IMG/VR virus record: IMGVR_UViG_3300042465_005589
Location: 1-64,000 of that record
Length of the DNA stretch: 64,000 bases
Direction: 5' to 3' (one strand)
This document shows, piece after piece, positions 29,791 through 39,255 of this stretch (position 1 is the stretch's first letter; each line of letters begins with the position of its first letter). The notes under the pieces are model-generated. The model had not been told where the DNA came from, made no database searches, and saw only the letters and a list, made by a program, of their open reading frames with translations. The position numbers and the translations under genes were made by a program.

Positions 29791-31704
29791 ATGGCGTCAT
29801 TAGATTTAGGATTTGATTATAAAAAAATACAAGACAAAATTACCGCAACTAGAAATTATAACGAGTTAAAATCTCAATATGATGATACTAGAAAACAAGC
29901 CGGAGATGCGTTTGAACAAAAAAAATCTGCAGTTACCGGTCAACTTGGAAAAATTAAAGAACAAACTAAACGTTATCAAAAAGAAATTAAAAATCAATTT
30001 GAACAACTTTTAGATATTAATAATACAACCGGTGGTAAAGGAAGTAATTCAACTAAATACATTAAAAAATTATTAATTACCGCAATTAAGAATGTTGAAC
30101 CAAGACTTTCTGAAATTGTTATGGAAGAATCACTAAACGCTGTTGGTTGTGACCAACAACAAGCTTATAATGGGGGTGCAACATATTATATAAAAGTGAA
30201 ATCTATCGACCTTTTAAATATACTAACTTTAGACCCTAAAACTGAAGGTAAACCTCTATACGAAAAATCTCCAATATTAGTTCAGGATTATCCTTTTTCA
30301 ATGAATAAGGAATTATATCAATTAATACAAACGGGTCAACCATACTCAACAGATAATGGACAAAATTACATTGGTCAATCTGGACAAGATTTATTTAATA
30401 TTCAATATGTTGATACAAATCTTCAAGGTGAAACAGGCCCTTGGTTTAAAGTTGATTTATCAAATAGAGTTAATGGTGTTAATAAAGTTGGGACTTTTTT
30501 AGTGGACTACTATAAAACAATTAAAGTTTCGGAACCAACTAACATTATGGCTTCAATAATGGAATCATTAAGTGGTGTTGTTTCTATGAGTGCAAGTGCT
30601 GGTGTTGGACAAGTCGAAGACCAAAGTAAATTCGACCTTTTAGTTCAAAGAATTCTTGGGTTATGTTTTGACAATAGAAGTGAAATTGATGTTAGTGGTA
30701 TTGCTAAAGTACCTGAACTTGATGGTGTTGATGAAACTTTTTTTGAATTTACTGAGATTGATTTAAGAAAAATAGAACAAAGAATAACTAACATTAAAAA
30801 TAAAGTGATTGAGTTAGAAGATTGTGATGGAATATTATTACCCGTAGATTATCCGGCGGTAATTAACCAAATAAATAATTTAAATTTAATCGAGAATAAT
30901 AGTGATTTTATTAATGCTGCCGATAATTTAACTCAAGTCTTAGCAGATAATCCTCAATGGGGTGCCGGTATTCAAACCAACGCACAAGCGGCTTTAAATT
31001 TAAATTTTATAAAATTAATCGCTCAAGGTATTGCAAGTGCTTTTTTAACACCTAAAATATTGTTACCAATATATGTAATGTTAAAAGCCATCGGTCAAGA
31101 AACTACGGACTCAATAAAAGGATTAGTTGATTTTACTAAACAATTCAAAAAATTCGCAATAAATTTTATTTCCAAAATAGGGGCAATATTTGTTCAAGAA
31201 TTATTTGAATTAATAAAAAAAGATATTTTAGCATTGATTCAAAGAGTTATTACAGATATTGTTAAAGAAAAAATTGATAAAAGAATATCAATGATTTTAA
31301 AACTCATTCAATTATTATTAATTGTTGCGTCTTTTATTAGTGATTGGCGAAAATGTAAAAGTGTTGTAGATGAATTATTAGCTTTATTAGATTTGATAAC
31401 TAGTAGTCTCGGTTTTGGTAGTCAAATACCTTTACCATTATTATTCGCTTCACAACTATTAGATGGTTACTCAGAATCAAGAGCCTTTGTTGGAGCTATT
31501 GAAGAACTACAAAAAATTGGTATCCCAACAGGTCCTTTACCGGATGGTAGCCCTAATTTAGATATTTTAGGTAAATTTGGTCAAATGAAAGCAATGGCAA
31601 AAGAAGATTCGGATAATAATAAATTACAAATTGCTATTGGACCATTAACAATGACACCCGCAGGTTTAACAGTACCAGCAAGTGCTTTCGGTAAAAAAAT
31701 ATAA
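29791..31704 (+). CDS. hypothetical protein, probable structural
   Basis: 637-aa ORF in late operon next to baseplate spike gene. Confidence 0.6.
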   Translation: MASLDLGFDYKKIQDKITATRNYNELKSQYDDTRKQAGDAFEQKKSAVTGQLGKIKEQTKRYQKEIKNQFEQLLDINNTTGGKGSNSTKYIKKLLITAIKNVEPRLSEIVMEESLNAVGCDQQQAYNGGATYYIKVKSIDLLNILTLDPKTEGKPLYEKSPILVQDYPFSMNKELYQLIQTGQPYSTDNGQNYIGQSGQDLFNIQYVDTNLQGETGPWFKVDLSNRVNGVNKVGTFLVDYYKTIKVSEPTNIMASIMESLSGVVSMSASAGVGQVEDQSKFDLLVQRILGLCFDNRSEIDVSGIAKVPELDGVDETFFEFTEIDLRKIEQRITNIKNKVIELEDCDGILLPVDYPAVINQINNLNLIENNSDFINAADNLTQVLADNPQWGAGIQTNAQAALNLNFIKLIAQGIASAFLTPKILLPIYVMLKAIGQETTDSIKGLVDFTKQFKKFAINFISKIGAIFVQELFELIKKDILALIQRVITDIVKEKIDKRISMILKLIQLLLIVASFISDWRKCKSVVDELLALLDLITSSLGFGSQIPLPLLFASQLLDGYSESRAFVGAIEELQKIGIPTGPLPDGSPNLDILGKFGQMKAMAKEDSDNNKLQIAIGPLTMTPAGLTVPASAFGKKI

Positions 31705-31706
31705 TA

Positions 31707-31928
31707 ATGAATATCCAAGAAAAATCTGAAAAAGCTAAAAATATTATTAAAGAATATAAAAATTCATCAAATAAAGATTTATCATTTGTTATGGATTTTA
31801 TTCAGGAAGATTTTGTTTTAACTAAAGAATCGTTAATTAAATTAACGCACCATTTAGATAAATTAGAATTAACTTATAATACAATATTAAAAGAATATAA
31901 CTCAAGAACAAAGAAAAATGGTAACTAA
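31707..31928 (+). CDS. hypothetical coiled-coil protein
   Basis: 73 aa, overlaps next gene. Confidence 0.6.
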   Translation: MNIQEKSEKAKNIIKEYKNSSNKDLSFVMDFIQEDFVLTKESLIKLTHHLDKLELTYNTILKEYNSRTKKNGN

Positions 31929-33489
31929 TCAAATAATTTTTCCAGGAATAGTACTTAACAATGAAGACCCTATGATGTTAGGAAGACTTCGTGTTATACC
32001 TGAAACAAAAAATTATCAAGATATTATAGCAGCAATTCCAAATTGGAATGAGGAAACGGACCCCTGGACTTCAAAAGACCCTTTAATTTGTTTATCGTTA
32101 TTACCGTTTTATGTAAGTCAAGTACCTCTTAAAGATGAGTATGTTCATATAATATACTCAAATAAAGATTTCCCATTCACAAATCAATTTTATATTCAAG
32201 GACCATTTTCATCACCAATGATTAGTCCTTTTGAAAATTTTCAAGGAGCAAAAAAATTCTTAGCATCAGGTGACAGAATTGCTCAGGGAATTTCAATTAA
32301 AAATCAAGTAGGTGCCTATAGAAATCAAGAGAGTAAAGGAGTGTTTCCTGAACCCGGTGATAATGCGTTATTAGGAAGAGGAACTGCCGATGTGATTGTT
32401 AAGGAAAATGAAGTATTAATTAGAGCGGGTAAAACTAAAAGATTGGTGAAAGACCAATTACCATTAGGAAATGTTAATAGAGCCTTCATTCAATTATCTA
32501 ATTTTTCCCAACAAAAGACAACTAAAGACCCTGAGGGGATTACTCGATTAATTGAACAAGTTAAAGTTGTGAAAAAAATGATTATTTGGAATATTGATAA
32601 TTTAGAGAACTTATCAATACCGGGAGCATTTAACGGTTCTGTAGGGTTATATAATGTAGTTCCAAGTGTAGCAGTAAACTCAAAAAACTTTAAATCTGAT
32701 ACAATAACAACTTTATCTGTTGGGACAAATTATGGCTCTCCATTAGAAGAAATTAAATTTACTGCGAAATCATTTGATGATGCGTCCGCTATTATAAATA
32801 ATTTCATACAGGGAGTGTTTAGCGGATTTATAAACATATCAGGTTATACTGTAAACAATCCTCAAAATTTTGCACCTAACGTAACATTCCCATTAGTTAT
32901 CACACCATCAAAATTAACTTATACCACCGGAAATAAATTTTCACCAAATGACCTTATAACTGAAGTCGCGGAATATGTTAATTATGTAAGATTTTATGAT
33001 AAAATAACATTAAACCCTGCTAGTAAAAAATTTAAAGGATGGTTTTTAGTTTGGGAAAACAAATCGGGTAAACCAATTCTTGGTCCTCAAGCCGATTTAA
33101 AAGAAGAAGTAGTGATACCTACCGAATTTATTCCGGCAGATATTAGTTATAGTATTATGGGTTCTCAAAGAATGTATTTCTTATCTCAAGATTCTGCAGG
33201 TCCAAAAGGAAAAATTAGTTTAAGTCAAACTTTATATGGGATTCCTCAGGATAAATTTATTGGAGATGAGAATAGTATTCTTAATAAAACATACCCTGTT
33301 GTGAGGGGTGATGAATTAATGGGATTACTTAGAAAAATTTTCTCATTTGTTACAGGACACGTTCATCCGGTTGCAACAATGGCTCCTGTTCCGGTTGCCG
33401 CGGGTAATGGGCAAACAACCTCAGAAATCAACGCAATCCTCGCAGATGCAGAAAATACAATATTAAATCAAAATATTAGAATTAATTGA
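31918..33489 (+). CDS. baseplate central spike / gp5-gpV-like protein
   Basis: N-terminal OB-fold [17 protein letters not shown]; C-terminal HVHP (HxH spike tip). Confidence 0.65.
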   Translation: MVTNQIIFPGIVLNNEDPMMLGRLRVIPETKNYQDIIAAIPNWNEETDPWTSKDPLICLSLLPFYVSQVPLKDEYVHIIYSNKDFPFTNQFYIQGPFSSPMISPFENFQGAKKFLASGDRIAQGISIKNQVGAYRNQESKGVFPEPGDNALLGRGTADVIVKENEVLIRAGKTKRLVKDQLPLGNVNRAFIQLSNFSQQKTTKDPEGITRLIEQVKVVKKMIIWNIDNLENLSIPGAFNGSVGLYNVVPSVAVNSKNFKSDTITTLSVGTNYGSPLEEIKFTAKSFDDASAIINNFIQGVFSGFINISGYTVNNPQNFAPNVTFPLVITPSKLTYTTGNKFSPNDLITEVAEYVNYVRFYDKITLNPASKKFKGWFLVWENKSGKPILGPQADLKEEVVIPTEFIPADISYSIMGSQRMYFLSQDSAGPKGKISLSQTLYGIPQDKFIGDENSILNKTYPVVRGDELMGLLRKIFSFVTGHVHPVATMAPVPVAAGNGQTTSEINAILADAENTILNQNIRIN

Positions 33490-33511
33490 TATTTATATAT
33501 AAAACATTTAT

Positions 33512-34990
33512 ATGTCAATTATTAATTCATATTTCAGTAAGAACAATACACTTATTTCAAATAGTTTTACCAACACAGGTAGAAATCCTGTTATGGAACT
33601 ATTCTATGGTAATGTGGCAACAACTCAATACCCAAACAATTATAGCCGTTTCATTTTTGATATAGACTTAACATTATTAAAAGAGAAAATTTTTGATGGT
33701 ACTATAACCACTGGATGTACAGATACTATTACACATACATTAAGAATGACAAACACTTCAACATTTGATGTGGAATTGTTAAATACTCTAACATCTCAAA
33801 TGAGGATGAGAGCAACGTCATTTGATTTAATTTTATTTAGAATCCCTTATTTAAATAATGACCCATCAACACCCCAACTTTGGGATGAAGGTGTTGGTTA
33901 TGATTTTGCGGATTTAGTTTACAAATATAGTGAATCAGATAGAAGCTTTTCTGATAGACCATCAAATTGGTTTCAAACAACAACCATTGGTGTTTGGCAA
34001 CAACCCGGAATTTATAATAACAAAAATTTAGGACCGGTTCCTTTTAGCGGAATCACTATAGTTGACACTCAACATTTTGAATTTGGTAATGAAAACATTG
34101 CTTTTGATATGACAAATGAAATTAATGGTATGTTAAATGGGACAATACCAAATGTGTCAGGATGGGGAATAGCGTATAAACCTCAAGTTGAAAATCTTAC
34201 AGGTCTTACAAATAACTATGAAGTGCAATTTTTCACTCAACACACTCAAACATTCTATGAACCATATCTTGAAACAAATTATAATGACTTAATTGAAGAT
34301 GATAGAAATCAATTTACGTTAGGTAGAGTTAATAAATTGTATTTATACTTATTTGATAATGGTAACCCAATCAATTTAGATTACCCACCTAAAGTGGATA
34401 TATTAGATATGATGGGGGATGTTATTCCGGGACTATCAGGGTTAACAACATGTCAAAGAACTCGAGGAGTTTATGAAGTTGTTATACCACCTCTTATGGG
34501 ATATAAAACACCGTGTATGTTTTCTGATAGATGGTACAATATTAGTTACAATAACTTCCCATTACCTCAAGTGTTAAATGATTTCACATTACAACCATTA
34601 AAAAATGCTATTCAAATGGGTGTGGTGTCTGCAAATCCTTTATTATATGGATTTGATTTTTACGGTTTAAAACAAAATGAAGAAATTGTGAATACCGATA
34701 CACGTAAAGTTGGTGTCATAATTAAACAAGCATATACCACCCAAAATTTATTATTAAATGTTGATGCTTCATATAGAATATATGTTAAAGAAGGGACGAC
34801 AGAAGTACAAGTTCAAGGATGGACAAAAATTAATAGAACCCCTAACGAATACTATTTTATATTTGACACTAGAGACAAAATACCTAACGAATATTTTATT
34901 GACATACAAGTAATTAGTAGTGGTGAAATAAACACATATAAACGACAAATTAAATTTCAAGTAGTAAATACAAAGTATTTGAAATTGTAA
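33512..34990 (+). CDS. putative virion structural protein
   Basis: beta-rich 492-aa ORF with late motif at 33490-33496. Confidence 0.55.
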   Translation: MSIINSYFSKNNTLISNSFTNTGRNPVMELFYGNVATTQYPNNYSRFIFDIDLTLLKEKIFDGTITTGCTDTITHTLRMTNTSTFDVELLNTLTSQMRMRATSFDLILFRIPYLNNDPSTPQLWDEGVGYDFADLVYKYSESDRSFSDRPSNWFQTTTIGVWQQPGIYNNKNLGPVPFSGITIVDTQHFEFGNENIAFDMTNEINGMLNGTIPNVSGWGIAYKPQVENLTGLTNNYEVQFFTQHTQTFYEPYLETNYNDLIEDDRNQFTLGRVNKLYLYLFDNGNPINLDYPPKVDILDMMGDVIPGLSGLTTCQRTRGVYEVVIPPLMGYKTPCMFSDRWYNISYNNFPLPQVLNDFTLQPLKNAIQMGVVSANPLLYGFDFYGLKQNEEIVNTDTRKVGVIIKQAYTTQNLLLNVDASYRIYVKEGTTEVQVQGWTKINRTPNEYYFIFDTRDKIPNEYFIDIQVISSGEINTYKRQIKFQVVNTKYLKL

Positions 34991-35010
34991 TATATTTATA
35001 AATAAAAAAT

Positions 35011-35391
35011 ATGGAAGAATTAAATATTATAGTAACGGCAACAACTTGTGGTGAAGAATCAATACAAGTTATTATTTTACCAATAAATGGAACTGACTTT
35101 AGTAAAGTTTATCAGTTACCAACAGGATATTGTGTAACATTAACTTCGGGTGAAACAACAACACAATTCGCTAATTCAATGTTAAGTTATGGACCATTTG
35201 ATACTTGTGACGAATGTATTGTACCATTTAGTGCAAACACAGGTGGTAATAATGGTTTAATTTGTGAAGATGACTGTAATGGTGGTAATTTATTAATTAA
35301 CCCACCACGTCCTGTTTATACAAATGGACAAAATAAAGCAATTGTACAATTAAATGCGGTCACAATTGGCGGAAATGGATTAAACTCATAA
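35011..35391 (+). CDS. Cys-containing hypothetical protein
   Basis: late motif 34993-34999; CDEC, CEDDC. Confidence 0.6.
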   Translation: MEELNIIVTATTCGEESIQVIILPINGTDFSKVYQLPTGYCVTLTSGETTTQFANSMLSYGPFDTCDECIVPFSANTGGNNGLICEDDCNGGNLLINPPRPVYTNGQNKAIVQLNAVTIGGNGLNS

Positions 35392-35395
35392 TCAT

Positions 35396-35893
35396 ATGAA
35401 AAAAGTAATTAAACTATCTGAATCAAAACTTACTGAATTAGTTAAACGAATCATGTCTGAACAAGATAATGAAAGATATATGTTTTTCAGTAATTTAGAA
35501 CAAATTCATAGACAAACAGGTTTGTTATTGGAATTAAATAAAAATACCGTTGAAGGTGTTTTAGATGGGGGTCATGATTGGGCTCAAGACCATTTATCAA
35601 CCGCAAAAGAAAATATTGACCAAGTTTTTGATTTCATGATGAATGAAACTAAAAATGAAGACAATATGAATGTTTTAGAACAGGACTACTCGACTGACGT
35701 TGAAAGACCCACAAGTGATAGAGAACGTCAAGCAAAATCTTTATTTGGTGACAAATATGGTGCATATATACCTAATGATGTTATTAGGTACATAAGAAAA
35801 AATCCTGCACAATTCTTTAAACGACTCTACCAAATGTATGGGGACAAAGCTTATGAATATTTAGATAAATCAAAAAATAAAGGGGAAAATTAA
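35396..35893 (+). CDS. hypothetical protein with putative capsid-targeting leader
   Basis: N-terminus MKKVIKLSESKLTELVKRIMSEQ, near-copy of the leader of 54400..55419. Confidence 0.7.
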   Translation: MKKVIKLSESKLTELVKRIMSEQDNERYMFFSNLEQIHRQTGLLLELNKNTVEGVLDGGHDWAQDHLSTAKENIDQVFDFMMNETKNEDNMNVLEQDYSTDVERPTSDRERQAKSLFGDKYGAYIPNDVIRYIRKNPAQFFKRLYQMYGDKAYEYLDKSKNKGEN

Positions 35894-35910
35894 ATTTCTC
35901 CTTTTTTTTT
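35880..35910 (+). terminator. intrinsic terminator
   Basis: aaggggaaa...tttctcctt stem plus T tract. Confidence 0.65.
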
Positions 35911-35943
35911 ATAAAAATATTTTTTATTCTCAAAAAATATAAT

Positions 35944-35951
35944 TACATTTG
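35944..35951 (+). promoter_or_regulatory. Bacteroidota sigma-A -7 element
   Basis: TACATTTG (TAnnTTTG) upstream of 35976. Confidence 0.6.
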
Positions 35952-35975
35952 TACTATAAATAAATCAAGTACATA

Positions 35976-36419
35976 ATGAAAAAAATATTTAAATTTTTTA
36001 AAAGATTGGTGATAAGACGTATTGTTAAATCAAGAAGTCAATTTGATTATCAAGACTCGGGACTATTAGGCGATGTACATATCTGCAAATCAATATGTCG
36101 TAAGTTAATAACTAGTGAGGGGTCTAAATTTTTAATTGCCCCCCTTTCATCACAAAGATATATTAAACATTCCGAATTAGGAATATTTATTATTCTTGAT
36201 GATAAAAAAATTAGTGTAATCAATCACGAGTACTACTACAGTAATATTTTAATGTCTAACAGAGATTGGGAAAAATTAACTAAAATGTACGATACTAAAG
36301 TAGAACGTATTAGACAAGAACTTAAAAATGAAATGAAGTCTCAAATCAAATATTCTTTAAAAAGTATTTTAGATAGAGTGGATAGTTCCAAAAAAATAAA
36401 AACCCCTACTGTAGAGTAA
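35976..36419 (+). CDS. hypothetical protein (host-type promoter)
   Basis: 147-aa basic ORF. Confidence 0.65.
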   Translation: MKKIFKFFKRLVIRRIVKSRSQFDYQDSGLLGDVHICKSICRKLITSEGSKFLIAPLSSQRYIKHSELGIFIILDDKKISVINHEYYYSNILMSNRDWEKLTKMYDTKVERIRQELKNEMKSQIKYSLKSILDRVDSSKKIKTPTVE

Positions 36420-36431
36420 GGGTTTCTTTAT

Positions 36432-37421
36432 TTAAAACATATCTTCTAATTTATCTAAATGTTTTCTAACAATATCCAAATCACTTATATCAGTATAGGT
36501 CATTCCTTGTTTTTTTAACATTTTAACATGGTTATGTAATTGTGTCATCATTTGTCTAATCATTCCGGACATTGTTGGGTAATTTTCAATCATCTTATCT
36601 AAAAAATAAACTTGTTCAGGTAAGTTTAGAACATTACCAATTTTTTTAACCCATTCTTTTCCATATTTATCAGCATCCATTTCCATATCCCAATAAATTT
36701 TGTAAAACTCCTCAAAGTCTTCAATATCTCCCATGTAAGAATCTTTCAAATTAAATTCCGACATTTGTTGTTCATGTTTCAATTCGTGAAATAAAACATA
36801 TACAAATGATGCAAAATTTGAGAATGACTCAGGTGAACATATAATAATCGCCTTACTTGTTCGAACTCCTTGAAATCCTGTGTTACAGGCATTCAATACT
36901 TTTATTGTATACCCCCTATCTTGAACATAATCTTTTATTTTACTAACGATTAAATCAAACGCTTTATATTTGTCTTCAGGAATGTCTTTTCTAAATTTAT
37001 CAATAACCCTTTCATAATTTGAGGTAGTTTTTAGACCGTTTGGGATGATATCTTCTAAAATCGTATCTTTGGTTATCTCAAACCATTCCGTTACAATAGG
37101 GACTATCTTTTTCTTCCCACCGGGTGTTTGATTTAACACACCGCCTTCTTCATCATTGTCTTCAGGATGTTTTTTCACATATTTAGAAATTTTTCTAGAC
37201 TCTTTTTCTATTTTTGCAATTTTATTCTTTGGTGTACTCATTTTACCATCATAACTATCAAACGCTAATTCTGCACTATCATACTTTGATGTTGGAACAA
37301 TAAAGGGTTGTAATTGCTCTTTATTGAAAAGCCTAACACCAGGACTCATCGGAACTCTAAATGAACCCGAACCACCAGTACCTGTAGCTTCTTTAATTTG
37401 TTTTTTGTTATTTTTATCCAT
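36432..37421 (-). CDS. putative zinc metallopeptidase-like (HExxH) protein
   Basis: YVLFHELKHEQQ...EMDAD; start moved to MDKNN (37421) because the late motif occupies 37428-37434. Confidence 0.6.
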   Translation of the reverse strand: MDKNNKKQIKEATGTGGSGSFRVPMSPGVRLFNKEQLQPFIVPTSKYDSAELAFDSYDGKMSTPKNKIAKIEKESRKISKYVKKHPEDNDEEGGVLNQTPGGKKKIVPIVTEWFEITKDTILEDIIPNGLKTTSNYERVIDKFRKDIPEDKYKAFDLIVSKIKDYVQDRGYTIKVLNACNTGFQGVRTSKAIIICSPESFSNFASFVYVLFHELKHEQQMSEFNLKDSYMGDIEDFEEFYKIYWDMEMDADKYGKEWVKKIGNVLNLPEQVYFLDKMIENYPTMSGMIRQMMTQLHNHVKMLKKQGMTYTDISDLDIVRKHLDKLEDMF

Positions 37422-37449
37422 ATACTTATAAATATACAAAATTTTAATT

Positions 37450-37683
37450 ATGGAACAACAACAACAAGAACTATTCGGAAAATTATTTAATACTATCCCA
37501 TTATATAATGAAGACCATTTAGACGTACTACTATCAACAATGGATAAAGAACAATCAATCTATATTCTAACTCAAGCCGTTAGTTTTGCATTTCACTCAG
37601 GCGTGTTTTCATTGGGGGAATCAGAAATTATTTCAAAATCAATAAGAACATTAAATAAAATTGAAAAAAATGTTGTGGGATAA
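37450..37683 (+). CDS. hypothetical protein
   Basis: 77-aa ORF. Confidence 0.6.
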   Translation: MEQQQQELFGKLFNTIPLYNEDHLDVLLSTMDKEQSIYILTQAVSFAFHSGVFSLGESEIISKSIRTLNKIEKNVVG

Positions 37684-37695
37684 ATAATTTATATT

Positions 37696-37703
37696 TACAT
37701 TTG
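37696..37703 (+). promoter_or_regulatory. Bacteroidota sigma-A -7 element
   Basis: TACATTTG upstream of 37724. Confidence 0.6.
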
Positions 37704-37723
37704 TAAAATAAAATACAAACACT

Positions 37724-37996
37724 ATGAAAAAAATATTCTTATCACTTTTACTTATTGTAAGTCTATCCTCATTCTCTCAAGATAACCCAAAACCAAAAAA
37801 CATTGATAAAGGTATCAATGTTTTGTTAGATTCGTTATCCAATGTTTATCGTGTTAAAGTAGGTGCGGTCATTGTTAATGATTACCCAAACTTAAGAACA
37901 ACAACAATCGTTTATGTTAAAAATGGTGAATTAGTTAAAAAAATTATTAAAACTGAAAAAAATCCACCAAAACGAGATATATTAAGTAAAAATTAA
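37724..37996 (+). CDS. small secreted protein (Sec/SPase I)
   Basis: MKKIFLSLLLIVSLSSFS|Q signal peptide with Gln+1. Confidence 0.75.
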   Translation: MKKIFLSLLLIVSLSSFSQDNPKPKNIDKGINVLLDSLSNVYRVKVGAVIVNDYPNLRTTTIVYVKNGELVKKIIKTEKNPPKRDILSKN

Positions 37997-39150
37997 ATTG
38001 TTTTATTACACAGTGCGGTAACACTATATCCGGTTTTAATTGTATCAGTACCAATTGGTGAATAAACTCTAACAATTGATTCTCCTGATGAACTATTGAA
38101 ATTTATTTTAATAGGTGCCTCTCCTATTGTATAAATAACAAATTCTTTAACACCTTTATTACAAAGTTTTTGAAGGTCTTTTAAAGCATATTCTACTTCA
38201 ATTCCACCTCTTTTAAATGTTTTTGATTTGGATGGGTCAACTAAAAGTTGTTCCAATAACTCTTGATAATTATTTGCTGTTATTTTTACAAGTTTATCAC
38301 CACTAACTGACACATTATTTCTTGAATTTATAAGAGTTAATTGATAAACATATAATGGGACCCATTTAAAATCAACATATTTATGTGGTCTAGTCGTCAC
38401 ATAACCAGTGTCTTGAATCACCTCTTCCCCCTTATTAAGAACAACTAATCTATCGGGAATGGTTCCGGTATCAAAAGTTACAACACCATTACCATATAAT
38501 TTTTCATTAGTTAATACATAATTAAGACTTGCATCTCCTTGACCCGCCTCAATTTTTACACCAACCCAATTACAAATATCTTTGGAATCTTTATCTTTAA
38601 CTTCCCCCGTTCCTTTAATATCGAAATTAACAAACTGTTCTTGTTTGTATAATTTAATTTTTTCAGGGTTTTTATTATCACCTTTAGTCTTATCATACGG
38701 AGTTTTACCTAATGTAACTTGATTAACATCTGTTGGAACTTGGATAGTTAAAACACCATTCTTGATTAAATCAGGAAATATCTCCTGAAAATATTTTTTA
38801 ACCGAATTTGCTCTTGCCAATGCCAAACTTCCCTTTGTCTCATATCCTTTAGGATTCGTCACATTTGATTCTCCAGATGTTATATTAACTATAAATGTCT
38901 TACCACCATTGTCTTTAATAAATTTTTCAATCTGAGGTTTTAATGCGATAATATCGTTTTTAACGGTTGGGGAATCAATCTGACCAAACCCAAATTTATC
39001 TCCAATACTTTGTATTGGGAATTCTGTGTTAATCAACGATTGTTTTGTAGAAACTTGTTCCAGGTTTAAATATTGTCGTTTTGTCGCGCCTTCGTGAAGA
39101 TTCATTATTCTATTTCTTTCCTCACTAGATATCTCAAATAAATTATTCAT
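37993..39150 (-). CDS. late protein with degenerate OmpA-C-like domain
   Basis: start MNNLFEISSEERNRIMNLHE; FGFGQ...IVNITSGESNVTN...SLALARANSVKKYF; late motif 39165-39171. Confidence 0.6.
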   Translation of the reverse strand: MNNLFEISSEERNRIMNLHEGATKRQYLNLEQVSTKQSLINTEFPIQSIGDKFGFGQIDSPTVKNDIIALKPQIEKFIKDNGGKTFIVNITSGESNVTNPKGYETKGSLALARANSVKKYFQEIFPDLIKNGVLTIQVPTDVNQVTLGKTPYDKTKGDNKNPEKIKLYKQEQFVNFDIKGTGEVKDKDSKDICNWVGVKIEAGQGDASLNYVLTNEKLYGNGVVTFDTGTIPDRLVVLNKGEEVIQDTGYVTTRPHKYVDFKWVPLYVYQLTLINSRNNVSVSGDKLVKITANNYQELLEQLLVDPSKSKTFKRGGIEVEYALKDLQKLCNKGVKEFVIYTIGEAPIKINFNSSSGESIVRVYSPIGTDTIKTGYSVTALCNKTI

Positions 39151-39205
39151 ATTTTTCTTTTTATATAAATACATTATTATTTATTTAAACTTAATATTTG
39201 TGCAT

Positions 39206-39233
39206 AAAAAAAAGGGACATATAGTCCCTTTTT
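39206..39233 (-). terminator. intrinsic terminator after major capsid gene
   Basis: aaaaaaaagggac-atata-gtccctttttt. Confidence 0.85.
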
Positions 39234-39255
39234 ATTAAATATTTTAAGATTTTGA

